NCBI GenBank assembly: GCA_002269645.1
Contig: NIVC01000023.1
Span: 1,116,001-1,180,000 of the forward strand
Length of the DNA stretch: 64,000 nucleotides
Origin: Macrostomum lignano
Lineage: Eukaryota
Direction: 5' to 3'
The number at the start of each line of letters is the position of its first letter. Positions within the stretch are counted from its first letter, which is position 1. Shown piece after piece: positions 13,301-24,373 of this stretch. The notes below the pieces were generated by a model, which was not told where the DNA came from, ran no database searches, and was given only the letters and a program-made list of their open reading frames with translations. Made by a program: the position numbers and the translations under genes.

Positions 13301-16300
13301 ATTCCAATTAGGCGATCCAACACTGAGCGCTCTCGAACTCTGGGGCGCCGAGTATCAAGAGTCTGACGCTTGCCTCGTACCGCCAGACTTGATGGAGCGG
13401 CTCAGGCGGATTGGAGCCAGAGAACGGTGTCCTGCCATCGATGTTGGAGTTGTACGCGACACTGGTGTGGTCACGCTGTACAGCTTCGGCCGCGGCGACA
13501 GCGTTGTTAGCGACGGTGGAGATGGAGCAAAGCGGGCCAGAGTGCGAGATCCGGAGACAACTCCCGTCTGTCTGCCATTGGACGCCGTGCTCAGCGGGGT
13601 GCCACAGAAGGAGTTCCTGTTAGATTGCAGCAACTTGAGGCCTTATCGACAGACGAATGAGGTGTGCGAGAAATGGATTGCTAGTCTAGCCTTTCTGTGG
13701 GTTAATAGGCATCGAAAATGGATTGCTAGTCTAGCCTGTCTATGGGTTAATAGGCATTGAGAATGGATTGCTAATCTAGCCTGCCTATGGGTTAATAGGC
13801 ATTGAAAATGGATTGCTAATCTAGCGTGTCTGTGGGTTAATAGGCATCGAAAATGGATTGCTAATCTAGCCTGTCTAGACTATAAATAATAGAAACGGAT
13901 TGCTAATCTGGCCTATCCAGACTATAAATAATAGAAACGGATTGCTAATCGCACCGTAGTTACTATTATATTCCCCTTCTCCCCCAGCAACCGCCTCCGC
14001 CGCTGGAGTGCAGCCAATCATATCTCCTAGCCAGCCTGCTCTCAGTTCTCTCCTGCCCAGACGTCGGCAGCAAGCGGTTCCTAACTAACAAGGTGGATCG
14101 TTCTGTCACAGGCCTTGTGGCCCAGCAGCAGTGCGTCGGGCCGCTGCACACGCCTCTAGCCGACGTGGCCGTTGTCGCTCTGAGCTATTTCGACCGCGTC
14201 GGCGGCGCCACCGCTATTGGCGAGCAGCCAATCAAAGGATTGCTAGACCCGTCGCGCGCCGGTCGTATGGCCGTCTGCGAAGCCCTCACTAACCTGGCGA
14301 TGGCCCGGGTCACCAGTCTGGCCGATGTGAAATGCTCCACTAATTGGATGTGGCCAGGTAAACGCGGCGCCGATGGCGGCCAGCTGGTTGCTACGGCCTT
14401 GGCTACGGTGGATTTTATGAAACAGCTTGGCGTGGCCATCGACGGAGGCAAAGACTCCCTGAGTATGGCCGCCAGCGTTACTAATCAGACTACGGGAGAG
14501 ACGCAGGTGTGACGCTCGAAAATATTTCCAAAAATAGCTACTCTAGATACACTACTGTTAGTAGCAATGCAAGTAAAAAACAAGTAAAATATTATTAAAA
14601 AATGTAAAGAATTTTTTTTTCAAACTGGTGCAGGTGATCCGCAGTCCCGGACAGCTTGTAGTCTCGGTCTATGCCGTGTGTCCGGACATCACGCTGACCC
14701 TACAGCCGGTGCTGCAACCCCACGCTGGACCGTTGATCCACGTGCCACTCGGCGACCTGCCCGACGCTTGCCGCCTGGGCGGCTCGGCTTTCGCCCGTTG
14801 CAGCTCCGGCGGCGGCGACATCTTCGGCCGGGACTGTCCAAACCCGGACGCCGACCGACTAGCGGCCGGATTCGCCGCTGTCCAATTGTTGTTGTCGGCG
14901 ACTTCGCCGAAGCTGCTGACTGCCGGGCACGACATCAGCGATGGCGGCCTGGCCGTGGCGGCTATCGAGATGGCTCTGGCTGCTGGCGGCCGCTGCGGCT
15001 TGGAGCTTCGGGTGCCGGACAGTGTCGCCTGTCCGACAGCCTGGCTGATGTCCGAAGAGCCGGGCTGGCTGCTTCAGGCCGCGTCTAATGAGGCAGCCAA
15101 TCAGGTGTTGGATCGGCTGAACTCCGCCGGACTATCGACTGGAGTGCGCATTGTTGGCCTAGCAACCGTTGCCGGGGAACTGAGGATCGTTGCCGGGGAT
15201 CGTGTGGTGAGTGTCAGACAATAGCTTCAAAGTGTCGGGTGATGGCTTGAATTAGTGTCAGGTGTTGGCTTGAATTAGTGTCAGATGGTGGCTTGAATTA
15301 GTGTCAGATGGTGGCTTGAATTAGTGTCAGATGCTGGCTTGAATTAGTGTTTAAAAGTTTGAAAGTGTCAGAAAGGTAATAAAAAGTGTCAGACAATGAT
15401 CATCCAATTATTTTCAGACGAGAGTTTTCTAATTAGTGTCAGATGTCAGTGTCATTAAGTGTCAGATAATTATGATTTGACACTCACCGCAGCTGCTGGA
15501 CAAAGTCAGCCTCGCAGACCTTCGAGAAGCCTGGGAGCGGCCGTCGCACCAGCTGGAGTTGGCTCAGTGCCAGCCGGACTGCGCCAGGTCTGAGCTGCGC
15601 TACCTAAGAGAAGCCGGCGGCGCCAATCAGTACGTTGCCACGGCAACGGAACCCTGCTTGTTGCCAAGCGTTGACCGACTGTTGGCTATGGAACGGCGCT
15701 TCACTGTGGCCATCATTCGCGAGGAGGGGTCCAACGGCGACAGGGAGATGGCCGCCGCCTTCTACGCCGCTGGCTTTCGAGTCTTGGACGTCACCACTGG
15801 CGACCTGGCTGCCGACGGCGACGGCGAAGACGGGGTCAGCCTAGCCGACTGTCGCGGCGTGGCGTTTGTTGGCGGATTCAGCTATGCCGACGTGCTGGGC
15901 TCCGCCAAGGGCTGGGCAGCTCAGGTGAGAGATGTGCTCACGGCTAAAGTCGAATCCCAAATCCCAATGAAGAAGTATCCCCTATCTTCCCTTTTATCCC
16001 AACGGGGAAAATACCCTACAATAATATATCTCCCGCTGAACCTAACGGAGAAATATCCCGTTTCTCCCCTTAATCCCAACGGAGAAATATCCCATTTCTC
16101 CCCCTAATCCCAACGGAGAAATATCCCATTTCTCCCCTTAAACCCAACGGAGAAATATCCCATTTCTCTCTTTAATCCCAGCGGAGAAAAATCCCATATC
16201 AGTCCTTAATCCCAGCGGAGAAATATCCCATATCAGTCCTTAATCCCAGCAGAGAAATATCCCATATCAGTCCTTAATCCCAGCGGAGAAAAATCTCATA

Positions 16301-17031
16301 TCAGTCCTTAATCCCAGCGGAGAAATATCCCATTTCTTACTTAATCCCATGTCCTTCATCCAATTTTTAAGTCCCTTGTCTCTTTCAATTCCCAATGCAA
16401 AGCAAGATTCCCACTAATCTCCGCGCAGGTGCAATTTCATCCCAGCGTTCGTCGCGAACTGGACGCCCTCCGTCGCCGTGGCAACAGTTTCAGCCTGGGC
16501 GTGTGCAACGGCTGCCAGCTCATGGCTCGCATCGGCTGGCTTGACGGAGACTCCGATAGCGGCAGCAGCGACTCCAGCGCCCCGGTGACCTTGGAGCCGA
16601 ACTTGAGCGGCCGTTTCGAGTCTCGCTATCCGACTGTCCGAGTTTTGCCAACTTCTTGTCCGCTGCTTCGCGGCATGTCGGACAGCCGGCTGGGCGTGTG
16701 GAGCGCCCACGGCGAGGGCCGGTTCTCGGTGGCCTCGGCCGACAGCCTGCTGGCGGCTGGCCGGGTGCCGCTGGTGTACGTCGATCAGGCCGGCGAGGCC
16801 ACCGAGTCGTATCCGTGCAATCCGAACGGCTCGCCTAAAGGCTTGGCGGCCGTCTGCAGCCCTTGCGGCCGTCACCTGGCAATGATGCCGCATCCGGAGC
16901 GCAGCTTCCTCACCTGGCAATGCCCGGCTGGACAGCAAGCGTCTACTAATAGTAGTGATGACAATAATCTGGCGTCGCCTTGGTTTAAAATGTTTGTCAA
17001 CGCCTACGAGTTCTGCTGCGAGACCGAATGA
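7386..17031 (+). CDS. PFAS: Phosphoribosylformylglycinamidine synthase (large-type FGAM synthase/PurL), ~1400 aa, at least 8 exons
   Basis: Exons ~7386(or 7416)-8166, 8656-8992, 9714-10233, 13230-13661, 13988-14506, 14634-15206, 15493-15924 and 16429-17031 are phase-compatible with GT-AG ends. Motifs: [70 protein letters not shown], and the glutaminase motifs GVCNGCQ and MMPHPER. The exon carrying the start codon was not located. Confidence 0.95.
8205..8610. repeat. ~39-bp intronic minisatellite (AAAATCCCAAAATGGGATATCTCAAGTTCCAGATCCCTA)
   Basis: Direct reading; PFAS intron 8167-8655. Confidence 0.9.
9050..9690. repeat. C-rich intronic minisatellite (CCAGATCCTCAGTTGCTGGGCCA(C)CAGCC + variable C-run)
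   Basis: Direct reading; PFAS intron 8993-9713; source of the Pro-rich pseudo-ORFs. Confidence 0.93.
10245..10518. repeat. ~35-bp minisatellite (GAAGCTGAAATACCCCCTGATTGAGATCTGCTATT)
   Basis: Direct reading; starts about 11 nt after the donor at 10234. Confidence 0.93.
10525..13190. repeat. 32-bp minisatellite (TACCCCTAAGAATGTAGCTTTCAATGCAAAAA), ~83 copies
   Basis: Direct reading; fills most of the 3-kb PFAS intron 10234-13229. Confidence 0.97.
13670..13950. repeat. ~44-bp intronic minisatellite (AAATGGATTGCTAATCTAGCCTGTCTATGGGTTAATAGGCATTG)
   Basis: Direct reading; PFAS intron 13662-13987. Confidence 0.88.
15230..15350. repeat. ~23-bp short array (GGCTTGAATTAGTGTCAGATGGT)
   Basis: Direct reading; PFAS intron 15207-15492. 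Confidence 0.8.
16020..16350. repeat. ~34-bp intronic minisatellite (AATCCCAACGGAGAAATATCCCATTTCTCCCCTT)
   Basis: Direct reading; PFAS intron 15925-16428. Confidence 0.88.
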
Positions 17032-17674
17032 AAGACTGAAGCTGCTCAAACTATTTTCCGAGTATCAATATTAATATACGCGACTTGCAACTCAATAAAA
17101 ACTATTAAGGTCGAAAACTATCTAGTATCCCTGTAATCCTAGTTGAATCAATTATGCATTAAGCATTTCCACTACGGCCACAAACAATAATCTCATATTG
17201 TTCGGTAATAATTGTCACGATTTTATTTGTATGTTTTTCAATGCAAATTCAGTTTTTTTAGTCTTTTTAATTACGTCATTAAATTGATTTATAGTTATAG
17301 TTTATATCACATGAATGTAGTTTGTTTAATTCGTTTTGGTATGTTGACTGACCATCTTTATGATTTTAAATTTCTATAGACACCAATTATGAATGTATGA
17401 TAAAAGTTCCAGTTCTTGTAGGTTGGCATTTTTAATTGATGCATTGATTGACAGTTGTCTGCCATTTTTCCAATATATTTTGTGTGCTAGCACTAGTTGT
17501 TATTTTAGTTCTATGCCAAATACAGAGTATTTCAACAATAATAAATAAAAACAAGTTGACTAAATTTAGCTAATAATGAACTGTTAAATGTTTTTTTAGA
17601 TTTCTTTTTTAGATCTTTCAATTCTCTTATTTATTTTTCCCCTTTTAAATCACTGCTGCTTCCTGTTCAATAGG

Positions 17675-19157
17675 AATGACACCTGTTCATTAAGAATGGC
17701 ACCTGTTCATTAAGAATGACACCTGTTCACTAAGAATGACACCTGTTCATTCAGAATGACACCTGTTCTTTAAGAATGACACCTGTTCATTTAGAATGAC
17801 ACCTGTTCACTAAGAATGACACCTGTTCATTAAGAATGGCACCTGTTCATTAAGAATGACACCTGTTCACTAAGAATGACACCTGTTCATTCAGAATGAC
17901 ACCTGTTCACTAAGAATGACACCTGTTCATTCAGAATGACACCTGTTCTTTAAGAATGACACCTGTTCACTAAGAATGACACCTGTTCATTCAGAATGAC
18001 ACCTATTCATTATGAATGACACCTGTTCATTAAGAATGACACCTTTTCATTAAAAATGACACCTGTTCATTAAGAATGACACCTGTTCACTAAGAATGAC
18101 ACCTGTTCACTAAGAATGACACCTGTTCATTCAGAATGACACCTGTTCATTAAGAATGACACCTGTTCACTAAGAATGACACCTGTTCATTCAGAATGAC
18201 ACCTGTTCACTAAGAATGACACCTGTTCATTTAGAATGACACCTGTTCATTCAGAATGACACCTGTTCTTTAAGAATGACACCTGTTCATTCAGAATGAC
18301 ACCTGTTCATTATGAATGACACCTGTTCATTAAGAATGACACCTGTTCATTAAAAATGACACCTGTTCATTAAGAATGACACCTGTTCACTAAGAATGAC
18401 ACCTGTTCATTCAGAATGACACCTGTTCATTATGAATGACACCTGTTCATTAAGAATGACACCTGTTCATTAAGAATGACACCTGTTCACTAAGAATGAC
18501 ACCTGTTCATTCAGAATGACACCTGTTCACTAAGAATGACACCTGTTCACTAAGAATGACACCTGTTCATTAAGAATGACACCTGTTCACTAAGAATGAC
18601 ACCTGTTCATTAAGAATGACACCTGTTCATTAAGAATGACACCTGTTCATTAAGAATGACACCTGTTCACTAAGAATGACACCTGTTCACTAAGAATGAC
18701 ACCTGTTCACTAAGAATGACACCTGTTCACTAAGAATGACACCTGTTCACTAAGAATGACACCTGTTCACTAAGAATGACACCTGTTCACTAAGAATGAC
18801 ACCTGTTCACTAATAATGACACCTGTTCATTAAGAATGACACCTGTTCATTAAGAATGACACCTGTCCACTAAGAATGACACCTGTTCATTCAGAATGAC
18901 ACCTGTTCACTAAGAATGACACCTGTTCACTAAGAATGACACCTGTTCACTAAGAATGACACCTGTTCATTAAGAATGACACCTGTTCATTAAGAATGAC
19001 ACCTGTTTACTAAGAATGACACCTGTTCATTTAGAATGACACCTGTTCATTCAGAATGACACCTGTTCATTAAGAATGACACCTGTTCATTAAGAATGAC
19101 ATCTGTTCATTAGGAATGACACTTGTTCATTAAGAATGACACCTGTTCATTAAGAAT
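17675..19157. repeat. 20-bp minisatellite (AAGAATGACACCTGTTCATT), ~74 copies
   Basis: Direct reading. Confidence 0.97.
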
Positions 19158-19244
19158 CAGAGCCTCAGTTCAATAAAAATACGAAATGCTAAAAACGATT
19201 CAATGTTAAACAAAAATAAATAAAATAAGCAAAGATGAGCGCCT

Positions 19245-20420
19245 GTCACAAACTCATCTAGGTTGTGGCACCTGTCACAAATTCATCTAGGTTGTGGCAC
19301 CTGTCACAAATTCATCTAGGTTGTGGCACCTGTCACAAATTCATCTAGGTTGTTGCACCTGTCACAAATTCATCTAGGTTGTGGCACCTGTCCAAATTCA
19401 TCTAGGTTGTGGCACCTGTCCAAATTCATCTAGGTTGTGGCACCTGTCACAAATTCATCTAGGTTGTGGCACCTGTCACAAATTCATCTAGGTTGTGGCA
19501 CCTGTCACAAATTCATCTAGGTTGGGGCACCTGTCACAAATTCATCTAGGTTGTGGCACCTGTCACAAATTCATCTAGGTTGTTGCACCTGTCACAAATT
19601 CATCTAGGTTGTGGCACCTGTCCAAATTCATCTAGGTTGTGGCACCTGTCACAAATTCATCTAGGTTGTGGCACCTGTCACAAATTCATCTAGGTTGTGG
19701 CACCTGTCACAAATTCATCTAGGTTGTGGCACCTGTCACAAATTCATCTAGGTTGTGGCACCTGTCACAAATTCATCTAGGTTGTGGCACCTGTCACAAA
19801 TTCATCTAAGTTGGGCCGCCTGTCACAAATTCATCTAGGTTGTGGCACCTGTCACAAATTCATCTAGGTTGTGGCACCTGTCACAAATTCATCTAGGTTG
19901 TGGCACCTGTCACAAATTCATCTAGGTTGTGGCACCTGTCACAAATTCATCTAGGTTGTGGCACCTGTCACAAATTCATCTAGGTTGTGGCACCTGTCAC
20001 AAATTCATCTAAGTTGGGCCGCCTGTCACAAAGTCATCTAGGTTGTGGCACCTGTCCAAATTCATCTAGGTTGTTGCACCTGTCACAAAGTCATCTAGGT
20101 TGTGGCACCTGTCACAAATTCAGTTAAGTTGGGCCGCCTGTCACAAATTCATCTAGGTTGGGGCACCTGTCACAAATTCATCTAGGTTGTGGCACCTGTC
20201 ACAAATTCATTTAAAGTTGGGCCGCCTGTCACAAATTCATCTAGGTTGTGGCACCTGTCACAAATTCATCTAGGTTGGGCCGCCTGTCACAAATTCATCT
20301 AGGTTGTGGCACCTGTCACAAATTCATCTAGGTTGGGCCGCCTGTCACAAATTCATCTAGGTTGGGCCGCCTGTCACAAATTCATATAGGTTGGGCCGCC
20401 TGTCACAAATTCATATAGGT
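19245..20420. repeat. 29-bp minisatellite (CACCTGTCACAAATTCATCTAGGTTGTGG), ~40 copies
   Basis: Direct reading. Confidence 0.97.
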
Positions 20421-20845
20421 TAACCCGCATCGATTTGTTGAATCTGCTTCAATTTACGAGTAAAAGAGATACTCATATAATCTAGCCAATTTTTTATCAA
20501 ATGATTTTTCTATCATTTTCTACCTGAAGCATTGTATTGAAACAATCAAACAAACAATAGAAAAAAACAGGTTCGGCGGCTGGAATCCTTTGATGTCGAT
20601 TCCCAGATTCTCAGAGCATTTATTGCATGGCGATCAAGATAAACCAAGGGGGCGCAGACAGGAGGAAGCAATTTTTTAATCTGATTTCTTTCTGTTGCTA
20701 GTGGGTTGCTAAGCAACCAGAGAAGTGATCCGCTTTAGACAAAGGAATTCTAGAGCCAGAGCAATTTATATATTCTGTCGGCCGTCATCAAAGTCAGTCT
20801 GAGGCTGGAGCGAACAGTCGAAGCTGCCATGCGACAAATTTCGTC

Positions 20846-21571
20846 ATGAAGAAACCATTCGCAGTCATCATCGCGCTGGTGATCCTTCCAGCCTCCTTGG
20901 CCGCCTGTCCATCACCCTACACCCTGGTGAATGGGTTCTGCCTGTTCTGGAACCTGTCGGACACAAAGCGGTCCTGGTGGGACTCGGCCAGGTTCTGCCA
21001 GAGCATCAACGGGGAGCTGGCACTCGGCATCGAGCGCGCCAGAGCCGTCAGGCCGCTGATTGGCGGCTCGCAGCTCTGGATCGGCGCCAACGACTTCTTA
21101 GTCGAGCGCTACCGCAACCGCACCGGCTGGCTGTGGGCCAACGGCACCCAGCTGCCCGAACTGGGCGACTCCGACTGGGAGTCAGGCATGCCGGACGACC
21201 AATCCCAGAACGACGACTGCATGGCCGTCAGGGGAAACGGTCTGAGGGACGCCTGTACTAAATGTAAGAAGGCCTGCCTGTGCCAGCCGGTGCAGACGCC
21301 AAACAGCAGCACTTTTGAGCCGGCCGACTTCCTCCAGCTGGGTAATATTACTCCATTCTACTGCTCCACGGATATTGAGGTTGAGAAGGATGTGAAGGCC
21401 GGCTTGTTCCGCTGTCTGGATGCCTGCGCCTCCCGCTGGGAGTGCCGGGCCGCGCTGGTCAACACGAAGCTGGGCCGCTGCCGCATGTTGGACTATTCGG
21501 ATGCGAGCGTTGGGGATGGCATTGAGAAGAATCCCGACTGGCGCAAGTTTGTCAAGGTGCTGACCGGCTGA
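20846..21571 (+). CDS. Secreted C-type lectin domain protein with a Cys-containing (PAN/apple-like) C-terminal domain, 241 aa, intronless
   Basis: Hydrophobic signal peptide. CTLD marks: CPSPYTLVNGFC, SWWDSARFCQSINGEL, LWIGAND, WESGMPD..DDCM..D..C...ACLCQ. C-terminal CLDACASRWECRA..CRML. Confidence 0.88.
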   Translation: MKKPFAVIIALVILPASLAACPSPYTLVNGFCLFWNLSDTKRSWWDSARFCQSINGELALGIERARAVRPLIGGSQLWIGANDFLVERYRNRTGWLWANGTQLPELGDSDWESGMPDDQSQNDDCMAVRGNGLRDACTKCKKACLCQPVQTPNSSTFEPADFLQLGNITPFYCSTDIEVEKDVKAGLFRCLDACASRWECRAALVNTKLGRCRMLDYSDASVGDGIEKNPDWRKFVKVLTG

Positions 21572-21572
21572 T

Positions 21573-22600
21573 GAGGTAGAGTGACAGATTGGGTAGAGTG
21601 GCAGATGGGGTAGAGTGACAGATTGGGTAGAGTGACAGATAGGGTAGAGTGGCAGATTGGGTAGAGTGACAGATAGGGTAGAGTGGCAGATTGGGTAGAG
21701 TGACAGATAGGGTAGAGTGACAGATAAGGTAGAGTGACAGATAAGGTAGAGTGACAGATAAGGTAGAGTGACAGATAGGGTAGAGTGACAGGTAAGGTAG
21801 AGCGACAGATAAGGTAGAGTGACAGATGGGGTAGAGTGGCGGATTGGGTAGAGTGGCAGATGGGGTAGAGTGGCGGATTGGGTAGAGTGGCAGATTGGGT
21901 AGAGTGACAGATGGGGTAGAGTGACAGATGGGGTAGAGTGGCAGATGGGGTAGAGTGACAGATAAGGTAGAGTGGCAGATGGGGTAGAGTGGCAGATTGG
22001 GTAGAGCGGCAGATTGGGTAGAGTGGCAGATTGGGTAGAGTGGCAGATGGGGTAGAGTGGCAGATTGGGTAGAGTGACAGATAGGGTAGAGTGGCAGATT
22101 GGGTAGAGTGACAGATAGGGTAGAGTGGCAGATTGGGTAGAGTGACAGATAGGGTAGAGTGACAGATAAGGTAGAGTGACAGATAAGGTAGAGTGACAGA
22201 TAAGGTAGAGTGACAGATAGGGTAGAGTGACAGATAAGGTAGAGCGACAGATAAGGTAGAGTGACAGATGGGGTAGAGTGGCGGATTGGGTAGAGTGACA
22301 GATGGGGTAGAGTGGCGGATTGGGTAGAGTGGCAGATTGGGTAGAGTGGCAGATGGGGTAGAGTGACAGATGGGGTAGAGTGGCAGATGGGGTAGAGTGA
22401 CAGATAAGGTAGAGTGACAGATAAGGTAGAGTGGCAGATGGGGTAGAGTGGCAGATGGGGTAGAGTGGCAGATTGGGTAGAGCGGCAGATTGGGTAGAGT
22501 GGCAGATTGGGTAGAGTGGCAGATTGGGTAGAGTGGCAGATGGGGTAGAGCGGCAGATTGGGTAGAGTGGCAGATTGGGTAGAGTAGCAGATGAAGTAGT
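21573..22600. repeat. 17-bp minisatellite (GTAGAGTGACAGATTGG), ~60 copies
   Basis: Direct reading; starts right after the lectin stop codon; accounts for minus ORF 21493-22623. Confidence 0.95.
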
Positions 22601-23195
22601 AGTAGATTCCAGAAGCTACTCAAGACAGTAGTGTTTGAGCTCTGCCTACTAGGAATTTTTCGTTGGTCTTTTAGTTTCTGTCTGTCTGTTTATTTTTATC
22701 AATTTTCGTTAAACTGTTTATATTTTTCTTATACTTTTCCATTGTCATTTTCAACAGTTTTTAGTGTCTGTTTTTAGTTATCTGTGTTTTCGAAATTACT
22801 TATTTAATTAAAATCTACTTTAATTGAGCTGAAGCAATTGTAGTCATTCAAAAATAATTATCAATTACTACTCTTCTTTTTATGCATAAACTTATGTACC
22901 TCCTATTTAATTAACTGGAGAGGTCCAAATTCGATTGTCTCATTCGATCTGTGAATTTGAAAATAAACATTGCGAAATTGACAGGCTGTTATATAGTCTA
23001 GTTGTGTAAAACAGCACACGGACACGATCATACTTATTACTTACTATAGAGTAGTAGTAGTCTGAATGCATCGATGCAAAAAATACTCTGAAAAATTTAA
23101 GTCTACATGCCTGACGATTAGAAAGTCAGGGCTCAAATAAAAACCCCTGGATCAGTGTGATCGACCCGTGGCAGGTGAGAGAGGTACAACTGATA

Positions 23196-23500
23196 GGCTG
23201 CCGTAGCCCAGTGCATGGTCCATGTGGTCAATGTGATGTGCCAGCGGCCCAGGCTCGATTCCAAGTGCAGTCACATTAATTTAGGGCTAATTGGAATATC
23301 GGCTTGGCTCTGCTCGTGCAATTAATGCCCAGCTTGAGGGCCAACCCCCAAGGCGCAGTGAAGTGTACATGCCTAACGATAAATAACTTTAGGGCCGCTG
23401 TACACTCCTGTGTGATTGTGTGCCTGCGTACGTATCCGCGCGCTTGTGTGCCTGCTCAGGGGAGTCTGCGGAGTGGGCAGTAATGCCTCTCGCCGGTTGT
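23196..23500 (+). mobile_element. SINE family A (tRNA-like head), near full length
   Basis: A-box-like TAGCCCAGTG and B-box-like GGCTCGATTCC; collinear with the reverse complement of 56411-56768. Confidence 0.8.
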
Positions 23501-24373
23501 GAGCTGTCCGAGACTGCGCCGTTATCGCCGGCTTCAGGGCCTTCGTTAGCTTCCGTTTGTCTGCTGGTTGGTGATTGTCCTGCTAGTTGCTAACACCCGT
23601 GAAAAATTGTCAGAAATATATAAATTTTATTCATACTTGGCTCTACTTTTCTTTCGTGACTTTTTTCTACTATTAGTATTACATTAAGTGAATTATGTGC
23701 CCGTTCGGGAAGTTCGTCTAAAGTTCAATTTTAATGAGGGACAGAGTGGCCCAGTGATAATTTTGGGCGTTTGACTCTTAACAAAAAGCGTAACGTACGC
23801 AGAGGGGGGCAGAGGGCCGTGTCCCCCTCCACAATAGCCGGTAGAAAATTGCAGTTCTCCAGAAACTAAATGAAACAGGCTGGTTAATCTCGACGAATGA
23901 CGGCTTTTGAAATTTTGCTATCTCTTGGATGTGGCACCCACCTGTCTCGCGCCCACCAAGAGACTGAGGCGAAGTCTGCTCATTCCTTATTCAACTGTCA
24001 CCTGTATTAATAAGTAAAAAATAACAATTTAGTTAGTCTTTTGGCAGACAGTCAAAGGTAGAACTTCGCAAGCTAATGAGGAGGTAAGCAAGTGACACCC
24101 GAAGTTCGACCTGTCTCGCCCGGCCCCTGCATCCATTCTTTTCTATCCTGCAGCTGCTTTCAGTACAGTTTAATTACTATAAAAAGCCGCGAACTTTGTA
24201 CAGCACAATATAATAGTTTTGCACAATGGCTTTCAACGAGTGTACACTGTTGGAAGAGGCAGACTTACTGTAAGTTGCGGTATAAAGCGTCAGCGAGAAG
24301 TTTCTACCAAAACCTTCTCAAATAATTTTGTTTTTTTATCTAAATTTGACGCTAACTTCGGCTTCCAGAGGCC

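Noticed and set aside
7380-17031. Bacterial purL or horizontal transfer
   Set aside because: The gene is split by canonical spliceosomal introns and carries eukaryotic PFAS-type motifs; no prokaryotic operon context.
21493-22623. 376-aa minus-strand ORF and other long low-complexity ORFs (4088-4771, 9036-9971, 27066-27902, 34965-36058, 36537-37388, 37612-38412, 38423-38644)
   Set aside because: They are translations of minisatellites or microsatellites that happen to lack stop codons; no domain signal.
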